From Naegleria gruberi (lineage: Eukaryota), in NCBI GenBank assembly GCA_000004985.1, contig GG738853.1: DNA of 64,000 bases; one strand, given 5' to 3'. Positions 34,801-46,411 of the stretch are shown piece after piece. Under the pieces are notes generated by a model. The model saw only the letters and a program-made list of their open reading frames with translations, had not been told where the DNA came from and searched no databases. Position numbers and translations under genes: made by a program. Within the stretch, counting starts at the first letter, position 1. Every line of letters starts with the position of its first letter.

Positions 34801-35336
34801 CAATTAAGAATAATGCATTTATTAATTCAAATTTACAATTACCAAATTCATCTTATAGTTTATTACCATATTGGGATTCAGATTTTAATTATATTGAACA
34901 AGGAACACCTTATCATGCAAATATTTGGAAAACATTGACTGGACCTAATACTATATTTGAAACATCATTGACCAATACTACTTTCTATTTTAAGAATATG
35001 ACATTGTATGATTTCCATTTAAATTGTAATAATCAAAATATTTCATTAATTGATAGAGGAATTAATGTTGGTGAATTTTATAATGATAAAGCACCTGACA
35101 TTGGTGCCTATGAATCTAATTGTAATAATAATAATTTAAATCCACAACCATCATCAACAACAAAACCTTCAACATCTGTAAATTCACCACAACCATCAAA
35201 ATCACCACAACCAAATAATTCAAAAATTGTTTCACTTGGTTCATCAATTAATGTTGGAGGAGGTATTGGTAGTGGTTTAATATTGATTGGATGGATAATG
35301 GTGATGATGGTTGTTGTACTCAACACAATGTTTTAA
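31838..35336 (+). CDS. Large type I membrane protein in which the reading frame is broken twice, possibly a pseudogene. It has a signal peptide, an N-terminal lectin/LamG-like region, a bacterial-type right-handed parallel beta-helix (pectin-lyase fold) module, an S/P/T-rich stalk and a C-terminal TM.
   Basis: Three ORF-track pieces (31598..33355, 33376..33939, 33936..35336) run in different frames. The motif YHVDATNGNDLNDGLTKSTALKTLNTAQYQLLPDDTLLVYDSIY, followed by repeated NGI/GG beta-helix rungs, is typical of bacterial beta-helix proteins. The frame shifts at about 33355-33376 and about 33830-33850 lie in A/T runs with no GT..AG intron. Confidence 0.45.
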
Positions 35337-35703
35337 TAAATTTATTGTTCTAATCCAAAAATGTTTGATTTTCCACAAAAGTAAATACTAATAATTTAGA
35401 AATTTTGTAAAGTTAATCTCAATCAAGAAGTGTAATCTATGTTCATCCAATATATATGCCTAACCAATCAACAAGATTATCAATCTGATGATCATTCAAT
35501 AAGTATCTTCTCCACAATGTATGGTCACTTCAGGGTATCTATTGATTTTTTTTTCTTATTGGTTTATTTTATCAAAATTTCCAATAATAGACCACAGCCA
35601 TCTAAAAAGGATGATAATCTGTTTTTGTTCTTGAGAAAAAAACTGTTAAGCCGTCTCTTTGAAAACCAAATAGAAAAAAATCACATTATATTCTGTATCA
35701 TAA

Positions 35704-37176
35704 AATGTCTGTCGTCGTTCCAAAGGATGTTCCTACATTGGGTATTTTAGTTGGTGGTGGTCCAGCCCCAGGTATGTATTCTGTGTTGTATTCATAAATA
35801 ATAATAGTTGTGATGATTTTAATGTCATGATGATGCTGATGTAAATTTAACCTTACATACAAAATTTTGATCATTTCTATTATGATGTATTTCCGTGATT
35901 CCTATGATGATTAATATTTCCTATTAACAATTGAATAATCATTTACATATCTTTTAATTTAGGTATTAACGGAGTTATCAGTTCTGTTACTATTGAAGCA
36001 ATTAATAATGGATATCGTGTTTTGGGATTCTTGGAAGGTTTTAATTATTTGATTGCTCAAGATGATTCTAAAATTGTTGAATTGACCATTGATGCAGTTT
36101 CTCGTATTCACTTTGAAGGTGGAAGTATTTTGAAGACTTCACGTGCTAATCCAACTAAGAAGGCTGAAGATTTGACCAAGTGTGTCAAACAATTACAAAA
36201 ATTCAATGTTTCTCTTTTAGTTACAATTGGTGGTGATGATACTGCATTCAGTAGTATGAGTATTGCTAAGGCTGCTAATAATGAAATTCACGTTTGTCAC
36301 GTTCCAAAGACTATTGATAACGATTTACCATTGCCATATGGTATTCCAACATTTGGTTATGAAACTGCTCGTGAATTTGGTGCTTCTGTTGTTCGTAGTT
36401 TAATGTCAGATGCTCAAACTGCTTCACGTTATTTCATTGTTGTTGCTATGGGTAGACAAGCTGGTCATTTGGCTTTGGGTATTGGTAAATCTGCTGGTGC
36501 TCATTTAACTTTAATTCCAGAAGAATTCACCAATGAAGCTGGTGAAATTCAAGTTACTTTTAAGAGAATTTGTGATCTTATTGAATCAAGTATTATTAAG
36601 AGATTAGCTTTGGGTAAAGATCATGGTGTCATTATCTTGGCTGAAGGTTTATTGGAATACATGTCAACTGAAGAATTGAAACAAGCATTCGGAAATCAAT
36701 TGAAATATGATGCTCACGATCACATTATGTTGGCTGAATTGGATTTCGGACGTCTTGTTCGTGATGAAATGAGAGATCGTGTCTCTAAACGTGGATTGAA
36801 ATTTGCTTTCACTGAAAAGAATTTGGGTTATGAATTGAGATGTGTTTCTCCAAATGCTTTTGATCGTGAATATACTCGTGATTTGGGTAATGGCGCTGCT
36901 CGTTATTTATTATCTGGTGGTAATGGTGCTTTGATTAGTGTTCAAGGTGATAAGATGGTTCCAATGAATTTCGAAGATTTGAAGAATCCAAAGACTGGTA
37001 AGACTCGTACTCGTCAAGTTGATATTAAGAGTGAAGGTTTCCAAGTTGCTAAGAGATATATGATTCGTTTGACTTCTAAGGATTTGAATGATCAAGAATT
37101 CCTTGCTCGTTTGGCTCAAGCTGCCAAGATGTCTGTAACTGAATTTGTTGAAACTTATGGATATTTGGTTCAATAA
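35704..37176 (+). CDS. Phosphofructokinase-family enzyme with a PPi-dependent-type signature. Exon 1 is 35704..35770 and exon 2 is 35963..37176.
   Basis: Exon 1 encodes MSVVVPKDVPTLGILVGGGPAPG, then a GTATGT intron to the AG at 35961-35962. The core carries GGGPAPGINGVI, LLVTIGGDDT (GGDDT rather than GGDGS), PKTIDNDL (Lys) and VVAMGRQAGHLAL. The Gly-to-Asp and Gly-to-Lys substitutions are the classical PPi-PFK discriminators. Confidence 0.7.
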
Positions 37177-37353
37177 TTTGAATAACTTGTAAATAATAAT
37201 AATAATAACAATCAATAACATTTGAAACTCTCTTTTAATTCATAAATTGGTCAATCGATTAAGAACAATGAATCCAATTAAAAACGTTTTAAACAATTCA
37301 ACAGTTAGAAAATTCCCGCCATCCCGCAACCAAACTTTTGAAAAAATAAAAAA

Positions 37354-40300
37354 ATGCAAACAAACGAAGGCTCGGGATCAGAAATGTCTTCTTCCTCATC
37401 ATCAACATCATCCGCTGCCCAACAACAACTGCAGCAACAAGAACAACAATATAACGAACAAGGTGAAGATTTTCCTTCTCTTTTTATTCGTGCTGCTTCC
37501 TTCTCCTCTTCATCAGAGTCTGACGACATAATTCCTAATCATCAACAACATACCACCCAACCAATCAAAACATATGAATCCAAGATTAATTATGAACATC
37601 AAATGGTAATTGATAATGAAGAATCGGAATTAAACTTATCGCCAAGGAGAAGTTCTAGAAAGAAAACGCCAAAAAAACAATTCAGTCCAACCCACAAAGA
37701 GCAATCTGATAAAAAAACTACACCTTCTAAAATACAGATTCCACCATCACCAATACAATCACAAGTTATTCAACATGATTATCCATTTGGAGAACCTTGG
37801 ACACAAGAAGAACTTTCAACTTTTTTAGAAGGGTTCAACAAGTATAAAACTGATTGGGGTATGATCAAACCACTTTTACCAAGTAGAAGTGTTTCTATGA
37901 TTAATTCACTTTACGAAACTCACAAAAGATTTATTGAAGCAGACTGTGGTTTAGATGTGAAAAAATTACAATTTCATGATATTCACTTGGATTACATATC
38001 ATTCAAACAACAACAAATGATTCCATCTCCTCAACCACAACAATTCCAACAACTTCCACCACAACCTATTCCACCAAGAGCAAAGAATTCTGCTAGAAAA
38101 CGTTTGCAAGATGAATTTGATGCCATCTCATCACCTAAGAAGAAAGGTTCACCAAGACAACGTTTTTCAAAAACCTCTAAAATAATACCTACCACCAGTA
38201 ATTCAAATACCCTAATTCCAAACTTTAAAAGAAAACAAAAAATAATAATGGAACAATTACCACTTGAAGTAATTGAATCATTCCAATCAGATTCAGATAC
38301 TGTAACATTAACAAGCTCTCAAAGTTCTCTTTCTGTTTCAAATACTGAAAGTCAACCAACTTCACCACCTCCACCACAATCCCTTCAATCTCCATTATCA
38401 CCAACAAGTGATCTTTCCTCTTTCACAGCAGCTATTGGAATGTTATCACCTGATAGTAAAAAGAATTATGAAAAGAACAAAATGTTACCAATCAAACTAA
38501 GAAAGAAGGGTACTCACGGTAATCCTTTGCTAAAATATATTCAAATTGCTAATGGAGATCAAAATGATACAGAATTGTTAGAATCAGCTCAAAATGCTGG
38601 AATGAAAATTGTAAAAATACTATCAAGAAAGAAAACAAGAACATTTTGCTCAAGTGAATGGTTTTACCCAACGATAGACTTTGGATTTTTCGAAAAGAAT
38701 GAATTTTTGGAATGCTTATCTTGCTTGGATGAACCATATAGAAATAGAAAATCCTTTAAAAAATCAGAACTTAAAGGTTTAAGAGCAGAAATGTGTAAAA
38801 AGTTTGGTAAACCAAGAAGATTTTCTCAAGCTTATTTAAAACAAGAAAGAGCCAAGCTGGAAATGAATAGAAGTTTTGCTAGAGAATACTATCAAAAGTT
38901 TAAACAAGTATATCAACTCTCTCAAGATAATCAACCATTTGTTCCTCCTCCAGTCATTATGGACTACCCACTTGTATCTGAACTTCAATTTATTGAAAGA
39001 TTGGCTGCTCCATTTAAAAAGAACGATCAAGTTTTGGTTTTAAATCCAGAAACCCAACATGTACAACTTGCTACAATAATGGATGATATTCCTCATTCAA
39101 AAACAGATTATAGAGTTAAATTTTTATACACTAAAGAGGAACGTATAGTCCAAGATACAGAAATTATGCAATTAGGAACTGTTTCAGTATTACCAGTTCA
39201 AAGAAGAGTACCAGAAATGTTCAGACCTGTCATTCAAGATGGAATTCTCCCACCACAAACTCCACCAAGAAAAAGCAATTATAGTTTCCTCTCAGGTGAT
39301 AATAATTTGAACAATAGTATGTTATCTGCATCCTCACCACATTCCCCATTCTTTTCGAATAATCATCCAATTTTCCAAAGTCCTCCGTCATCAGCCAATG
39401 ATATTCATGATAATGGGGCTTCATTACAAACCCCAACAAAGAAACAAAAACTGGATGGTGGGTTAATGTCACCAAGTAATATATTTGCAAGTCCAAATAT
39501 GGAGAGTCATGAATTTTCTAATCCATTATCCTCTCCACAACACGGATTTGCTCAAAATCAACCACCTCCAGTTATGGCTACTGGTATTGTTGATCTTTCA
39601 AATCCATCTCAAGAAGTTGTTAGAAATATTTCCAAATGCATATTTTTATTAAGAAAGAAACATGAACACATGGTATTATTTAAAAATTTGAATGAAAAGG
39701 CGAGACATGCCATGATGAAACACTCTTTAGCTATGGCCTCATCTAATACATCAGAAGAAGGATCAAGCTCTTCTGTGACTCCAATAATATTTCAAAAATC
39801 ATTCTGTATTGAATATACCAAATTGGTACTTGATTTGAGTAAGATTAATAATGAATTGGAAGTTTTATTACCTCAAGTTAGAAGCTACAGTTCAACTCCA
39901 AATTATGCAACAACTAATTATCCTATCCATAGTATTTTTTCTCAATCAATCACAAAACAATCAACTTTCCTTTTCCAAAAACAAACAAATGGACCAGCAA
40001 GACAACAAATGTGTCAAGATATATTTGAGTCAAATAGAAATCATGCTAAAGATATTGTAAATTGTGTAATGGCTCAATTATTAACACAACTTCCATCCAC
40101 TACCTCTGAAAATGGTAAAACACTTTCATCAAATGTTATACAAACATGTCATGGAAAGATTGGAGATTGTATTGCTTTACTATTGCATTTAAGAGCTTGT
40201 AGTATTAATCTTGGTATTTTAGAAAATAATGATATTGATCTAATGCTTGATGCTGGTTTAATGGCATTGAAAGAACCAAATCAATCTGATGAAATATCTC

Positions 40301-40356
40301 AATATATTACTTTCATCAAGGATACTTTCTTGAGGACAAGAAATGATGAACAATAA
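37354..40356 (+). CDS. lin9: LIN-9 / Mip130 / ALY family protein (DIRP domain), a DREAM/MuvB complex subunit homolog.
   Basis: A SANT/Myb-like segment (WTQEELSTFLEGFNKYKTDWGMI) is followed by the DIRP region (KPRRFSQAYLKQERAKLE...) and by ...PPVIMDYPLVSELQFIERL...YRVKFLYTKE, which matches the conserved LIN9 tail. Confidence 0.6.
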   Translation: MQTNEGSGSEMSSSSSSTSSAAQQQLQQQEQQYNEQGEDFPSLFIRAASFSSSSESDDIIPNHQQHTTQPIKTYESKINYEHQMVIDNEESELNLSPRRSSRKKTPKKQFSPTHKEQSDKKTTPSKIQIPPSPIQSQVIQHDYPFGEPWTQEELSTFLEGFNKYKTDWGMIKPLLPSRSVSMINSLYETHKRFIEADCGLDVKKLQFHDIHLDYISFKQQQMIPSPQPQQFQQLPPQPIPPRAKNSARKRLQDEFDAISSPKKKGSPRQRFSKTSKIIPTTSNSNTLIPNFKRKQKIIMEQLPLEVIESFQSDSDTVTLTSSQSSLSVSNTESQPTSPPPPQSLQSPLSPTSDLSSFTAAIGMLSPDSKKNYEKNKMLPIKLRKKGTHGNPLLKYIQIANGDQNDTELLESAQNAGMKIVKILSRKKTRTFCSSEWFYPTIDFGFFEKNEFLECLSCLDEPYRNRKSFKKSELKGLRAEMCKKFGKPRRFSQAYLKQERAKLEMNRSFAREYYQKFKQVYQLSQDNQPFVPPPVIMDYPLVSELQFIERLAAPFKKNDQVLVLNPETQHVQLATIMDDIPHSKTDYRVKFLYTKEERIVQDTEIMQLGTVSVLPVQRRVPEMFRPVIQDGILPPQTPPRKSNYSFLSGDNNLNNSMLSASSPHSPFFSNNHPIFQSPPSSANDIHDNGASLQTPTKKQKLDGGLMSPSNIFASPNMESHEFSNPLSSPQHGFAQNQPPPVMATGIVDLSNPSQEVVRNISKCIFLLRKKHEHMVLFKNLNEKARHAMMKHSLAMASSNTSEEGSSSSVTPIIFQKSFCIEYTKLVLDLSKINNELEVLLPQVRSYSSTPNYATTNYPIHSIFSQSITKQSTFLFQKQTNGPARQQMCQDIFESNRNHAKDIVNCVMAQLLTQLPSTTSENGKTLSSNVIQTCHGKIGDCIALLLHLRACSINLGILENNDIDLMLDAGLMALKEPNQSDEISQYITFIKDTFLRTRNDEQ

Positions 40357-40471
40357 AAATTTGATGTCTTTTTAATTCTCTTCCCGCCATTTTAAAAAAT
40401 AACTGTTTTCTAAATTACAACTTTCAGCGCCAAAATTTTAATTTAGCTTTAAAAAAAAATTAAGGGTCTGA

Positions 40472-42607
40472 ATGTCATCATCATCTTCGTCAAGTAGAGA
40501 AGGGAAAATTAAGAAAAGCCTTCCACCTAAGATACACCAATCTCCAAATAGCAGCAGCAGTAGCAGTAGCAGCTATGGTAGTGATGATAGTTTTACTACA
40601 AATTCATCACTAGTAACTTCTAGTTTGGCTGCAGATTCGGAAGAAATTAATTATGCTGCTAATACATCAACAAGTCATTTGACAACAACACACCGTTCCG
40701 GAAGTGGATCTGATTCTGATTCTGAATTTCTACCATCTTCAAAACCACAAATTCCACCTTCAAATAAGAATATTTTCAATCCACCTTCATCAATATCATC
40801 TGAAAAACCACCTTTACATTATGTTCATAAGCATTACCATCACTATACTGATACAAGCCAAAATTCAAAATTATCTGGAGCTTCACAATCCTTGAGATCA
40901 TCTGTTTCCACCTCAACTAGTTCTTCCTCAAAGATTCATCAAACAAATATTGATAGTATATCCTCATCATCTCTTTCTTCTTCTTCAAGGAGAATGGGAC
41001 AAGGAGTAGCGCCACCATCTTCAACTTTATCAAGTACAATTCTTACAAATACCACGGCTGCCTCGCCACCAATGCAACACGACAGTAAAGCTATTTTGTC
41101 TGCTCTTCAGTCACTGCAAGAAAAGATCAAAACATTGCAAACAAGAGTTGATGAATTGGAAAGAGAAAAAGTTGAACAAAGGCATAGATATGAACAGGAA
41201 CTGTTTTCACTCAAAATGAAGTTAGAAAGTGAAAGAGATTCCTACAAGGAACAATTGGATATCACTCGTACTGAATGTAAAAGATATAGTGATAAATTGA
41301 CTGAAACTGAAAAGGAGCTAACTCAATGTAAAGATTCTAGAAGAGAAATCAGTACCAATAATAGTAAATCTCAACAGAGAACTCTTGAGCTTGAAAGAAA
41401 ATCCAATACACTTGAAACAGAATTGCTAGATCTTAAAGAAAATCACTCTAGGTTGAATAATCTTTATGAACAATCTTTGAATAAGATTGAAGAACTCCAA
41501 TCTAATTTGGTTAAATATCATAGAAGAAAGGAGAGATTAGAAGTTGAAAAGAAAGAGCTTGATACTGCTCTTAAGGAAATGATTGACCTTCACCAACAAT
41601 TTGTTAATCAAACACTAGGAGAACAAACTACTCAAAACCATATGTCTTCATCTCAACACATTCATCATCAACAACAACAATATGTTTCAAATAATCATCA
41701 CAATCATGTCCATAATTCAAACACTATCAAATCATCTCCTATGGTTCAACAACCAGCTATAATACCACAACAAACAATAAGCCCACCACCTAGATCATCC
41801 TCCCCAACAATGGATAAGAAAAAGAAGAAGTTAGCAAGCTTGGCACGTCCTAAATCTGCTGGTGTTCTCCAACCAACAATAAGCTCTTCAAGAAAGAAAA
41901 GAAGAGAACAAACTTCTAAGAGAATGACAGCTGTTCACTACTCAACCAATCAAATTCCTGTGAGTAGTTCCGCCCAACAACAACTACAACAACCATATGT
42001 TAATCAATCTGCTACAAATATAATTTCTAAGCTTTCCTTAAATAAGAACCTTCATGAGAGACTTAAAAAGTCCAATAACAATACTGCACCACCTTTCTTG
42101 CCTAATAGCTTTAACAGCAATTCTAGGACCTTCCACGCTGCAGGACAAGCTCAGAATCTTCTAAGCACAACAGTTGGAATTGGTAAAAAAGAATCCACAA
42201 ATTATTACGGAGCCAACGAACACGCTCAGGACAGAGAGCATATTCAAGTTCTGAGAGAGGTTGATGCATTCAACAGTGGTGAAGAAATAAGGGATTGTAT
42301 CGCTCAACTCGAAGAAGAATATTTACAATCTCAGGAACAGTACAAGCTCTACTTGAGTAAGCTGTCTGAACCAGAAGTGAATATTGATTTTGTCAAGGAA
42401 CAACTCAAATATTTGACAGAGTCAATGGATAGAAAGAATAAGCAACTGAATACTTTGAAGACTTATCATTTGAGTGTTTGCGAAAGAATTCGAGATGCAA
42501 CATCACCACCAAAAATTAGGGGTAGTGAAAAGAGAGTTCAAGCTCTTCGATTGTTTAATGACTTGAGAAAATTACAACAGCAAGGAACTGTTGCAAATCA
42601 CTGCTAG
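40472..42607 (+). CDS. Ser-rich / coiled-coil protein of unknown function.
   Basis: It is a 711-aa single ORF with a poly-Ser N-terminus, a central heptad-repeat region (LQTRVDELEREKVEQRHRYEQE...) and an H/Q/N-rich low-complexity region. Confidence 0.45.
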   Translation: MSSSSSSSREGKIKKSLPPKIHQSPNSSSSSSSSYGSDDSFTTNSSLVTSSLAADSEEINYAANTSTSHLTTTHRSGSGSDSDSEFLPSSKPQIPPSNKNIFNPPSSISSEKPPLHYVHKHYHHYTDTSQNSKLSGASQSLRSSVSTSTSSSSKIHQTNIDSISSSSLSSSSRRMGQGVAPPSSTLSSTILTNTTAASPPMQHDSKAILSALQSLQEKIKTLQTRVDELEREKVEQRHRYEQELFSLKMKLESERDSYKEQLDITRTECKRYSDKLTETEKELTQCKDSRREISTNNSKSQQRTLELERKSNTLETELLDLKENHSRLNNLYEQSLNKIEELQSNLVKYHRRKERLEVEKKELDTALKEMIDLHQQFVNQTLGEQTTQNHMSSSQHIHHQQQQYVSNNHHNHVHNSNTIKSSPMVQQPAIIPQQTISPPPRSSSPTMDKKKKKLASLARPKSAGVLQPTISSSRKKRREQTSKRMTAVHYSTNQIPVSSSAQQQLQQPYVNQSATNIISKLSLNKNLHERLKKSNNNTAPPFLPNSFNSNSRTFHAAGQAQNLLSTTVGIGKKESTNYYGANEHAQDREHIQVLREVDAFNSGEEIRDCIAQLEEEYLQSQEQYKLYLSKLSEPEVNIDFVKEQLKYLTESMDRKNKQLNTLKTYHLSVCERIRDATSPPKIRGSEKRVQALRLFNDLRKLQQQGTVANHC

Positions 42608-42717
42608 TCAATGTATATCATCTATCAATGTTCAAGAGAGAACTTTAAATAAAGAAAGCATTTAAAAATTTACAACCTTGTAAATATTTCAATGGTTATC
42701 AAGTCTTCTATGCATTC

Positions 42718-42760
42718 AAGTATAGATGTAAAAACGTTCAGCAGCTGCTAACGTTTTTAC
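42718..42760. repeat. Near-perfect 43-bp palindrome (15-bp arms around an 11-nt internally palindromic loop), 110 bp downstream of the coiled-coil gene stop.
   Basis: The sequence is agatgtaaaaacgtt-cagcagctgcta-acgtttttacatct. Confidence 0.6.
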
Positions 42761-43110
42761 ATCTGTGTTGTATCTCCCATCCTTCTCTCTCACTATTATC
42801 TAATATCTGAAAAGGACATCAAAAGAGTCATTTTTGGCTCCTAGCCTTAGTTTTATTTAAAAAAATAGCTCTACTACAGCATCAGCAGGTTTTTTTGAGC
42901 ACCAGCTACAACAAACTAGTACAAAACCTTCCTAACTTTCTCTAACTCTAAATTGTACAAAGTATGTAATATTATTAATTTAATAGTAGTGATTGTAATG
43001 ATTATCTTTATATTCCGTTATTTAAATAATTTTGCACTTCATCTTTTTCATCATCATTAATACAACAACAATAATAATAACAATAACAACAATAATAACA
43101 AAACAATAGA

Positions 43111-44299
43111 ATGTCTACTCCGACAATGACAGCAGAGTTTGACGATAGTCATTTAACTACGTTTAAATTTGGACAGTCTGATGCTCATATGCATGACTCA
43201 CTCGATCCTTCCCAATGGAAAATAACAGATTTTGAATTGTTAGAAATTATTGGTACTGGTACTTTTGGTAGTGTTAGATTAGTTAAACATAAACATACAC
43301 AACAATACTATGCTATGAAAATTATTAAAAAGTATGATGTAATTAGAATGAAACAAGTAGAACATATCATTAGTGAGAAGAATATTCTCTCTCAAGTTGA
43401 TCATCCTTTCATTGTTAGACTTTATAGAACATTCCAAGATGAAAATTATTTATTCATGATTATGGAATATGTGTGCGGAGGTGAATTGTTTTCACATTTG
43501 AGACGTGTTGGTAAATTCCCTAATGATGTTGCAAAGTTTTATGCTGCTGAAATTATTTTAGCTATGGAATATCTTCATATGAAGAATATTGTTTATCGTG
43601 ATTTGAAACCAGAAAATGTTTTATTAGATAATGATGGTCATGTAAAAATTACTGATTTTGGTTTTGCTAAGAAGGTTCTTGACCGTACGTGGACTTTATG
43701 TGGTACTCCTGAATATTTAGCGTAGGTTTTTATTAATCTCTTAATATTTAAATTACTCTTTAATCTCTTAATCATAATGATAATACTCTTAATCATTCTG
43801 ATAATCTAAATCATCTAATTATTTTATTATGAATAGTCCTGAAATTATTCAATCTAAGGGTCATGGTAAAGCTGTTGACTGGTGGGCATTAGGTATTCTT
43901 ATTTATGAAATGTTAGTTGGTTATCCACCATTCTTTGATGATTCACCTTTCAAAATTTATGAAAAGATTTTACAAGGAAAGGTTGAATTTCCAAGATTTA
44001 TGGATCCAATGGCTCGTGATTTAATTAAACGTCTCTTAACTACAGATAAGATGAAACGTTTGGGTAATTTGAAAGGAGGTGCTGCTGATATTAAGGAACA
44101 CAAATGGTTTAAGGGTGTTGATTGGGATGAATTATATAATAGACAAATTGCATCTCCAATTCCTGTCAAGATTAGTTTTGCAGGTGATTCTAGATACTTT
44201 GAAACTTATCCGGAATCTCAAGATCATTGTATTCACCACACTGGTACTCCACATCAACAATTATCTGCTGATGTTCAAGCTCTATTTGATGGTTTTTAA
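43111..44299 (+). CDS. AGC-family protein kinase resembling the cAMP-dependent protein kinase catalytic subunit. Exon 1 is 43111..43721 and exon 2 is 43837..44299.
   Basis: It carries [42 protein letters not shown] and GTPEYLA|[19 protein letters not shown], with a C-terminal FxxF (ALFDGF). The intron is GTAGGT...AATAG, exon 1 ends in phase 2, and it interrupts subdomain VIII exactly. Confidence 0.75.
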
Positions 44300-45977
44300 T
44301 TTTTATTAAATGTATGTGAGAATACTGTATATACATCAAATAAAGTTATACATATTGTCACTGTACTTTTACTAAACAAGGTTTTAAACACTTGTTTCCA
44401 TTCATTTGTAAATAATGATTGAATAGTTTTCAAATCAATAACAATGTCAATAAAACACCAAAATCTAATCCATTCACAACCCCAATCTAATTCAATTGGA
44501 ATTCTAATGACTTGTTCCCTTGTTAATGATGGTGGTGAGGTTGGTGATGGTGATTCATCATGATTTTTATCATTATTCATTGTTTCATCTCCATTTGTTG
44601 TAGCAGTAGTAGTTGAATCATTTCCATTCACCGTCATTGTATCATCATTATTTTCATTATAATAAGAATTATCAAATTCAATTGACCATCTAGATCTAAA
44701 ACCAATACTAAATAAATATAATTGTTCATAAAATTTTGAAGTCATGTAATAAAATAGAGTATTATAAAATTTTCCATACGATTGAAATAAACCTCCAACA
44801 GAATGTTCAGCAGTTGCAACTTGTAAATCAATGAAATAACGTAAAATTTTAGAAATTTGAACAAGAATATTTCTACACTTGTTAATTAAATGAATAATTC
44901 TATTCAATTTTGATAAATAATTCATATTATTAGAATTTTTATAATTATTTAAAATTCTCAATTCAGGTAAAAGTTCATTATCTAAAATAGGAGGTGGTGG
45001 TAATTCAACTTTAGAAAAAACTTCTTGTTGATCATAATATTCTTTCCATTTTTGTAAAAATACTTGTTGTGAATTTTCTGAAAAAGGAGTCCATAATAAA
45101 CCTCTTTTTGTTAAAGAAATATTAAAATCATTTAATAAATTTGATCTAATTTGTAAACTATATCCTTTTATAGAAGTAGAAATTCCATAAATTAATTTTT
45201 TAAAATTATGAAAATTCATAATTGATAAACTTAAATATAAATATCTTGCTAAATAAGGAATATAAAATTTTCTTCTTAACATTAATTTAGTAATAAAATC
45301 TTTAATTTTCATTTGATATCCAAAATTAGTAGATAATTTATATTTACCAAAAATAAAACCAATATAATTAATTAAAATTAAATATAATTTTGATTTTTCA
45401 TTAAAAGGTTTATGTAAATGTAATTTAAATATACCATATATATATTTCATATCTAAATATTTAAATAATTTTTTAAAATAATTTTTAAAATAATTTATAT
45501 TTTTTTCATTTAATTTAATTTTATATTTAAATGTTTCTCTATTTGTATAATTTTCATTTCCAATATTAGAATTAAATGTATTATAAAAGGAAGTATATTG
45601 ATTATATTCTTCTTCTTGTTCTCTTTGCATTTCTTCAATATCATCATCTTGATAATAAATATTATTTCCATCTTTGGTAATATTATATATATCATAATGA
45701 TATTCACTTCCAATTGAATATCCTATTTTTTTATCTAATTGAATAAAACTTTATATATTTTATAATAATATTTAAAAATTATATTTAATTAATATTAAAA
45801 TTATATTTAATTAATATTATATTTAAATTAAAAAAAAACATACTTTATAGGTATTTGTAAATTATGAGTAGGATAACATCTCATTGAAATATCAAATGTA
45901 GCATATTCTAAATCCCATGGATGTGTATCTTCATAAGAATCCCAATTTAATGATGCATTTAATTTATATATTTCCAT
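44296..45977 (-). CDS. Hypothetical protein of about 530 aa and unknown family. Exon 1 is 45977..45844 and exon 2 is 45748..44296.
   Basis: Exon 1 encodes MEIYKLNASLNWDSYEDTHPWDLEYATFDISMRCYPTHNLQIPIK, then a GTATGT intron to the acceptor ATAAAG. The rest is Y/K/N-rich with a conserved-looking C-terminus (DWGCEWIRFWCFIDIVIDL). It overlaps the kinase gene 3' end by 4 bp. Confidence 0.4.
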
Positions 45978-46411
45978 TTTTTAATATTATTATTAATATT
46001 AATATATTATTATATTATTATTAGTATGTTATCAATTAGTTATATTGTTGAATTATGTTATTATATTGTTTGTTACATGAATTCCGAGAGTATGATCATT
46101 ATTTGTTGTTGTTGTTGTTGTTGTTGTAAATATAACAATAGAAGTGATGTTATTTTTTTCACGTATTAATGAAGGCTTGTTTCTAATTCAACATTATTAT
46201 CATCATAATAAAGTTTCAATGAATAATTTAAAGAAGAAATAAACATTGGAATTCAAATGTCCAAGTCTAGACTTGAGAATAATTGAATGGCCATTAGAAA
46301 GAATTTTCATGACATTATTCCCGCCATAAATTAAATCTACAGTTGTTTTATTCAAATATTAAAAAAAAAGTGTAAATAATTGAGGAGGGAAATTTTAAGA
46401 AAATAATAATA

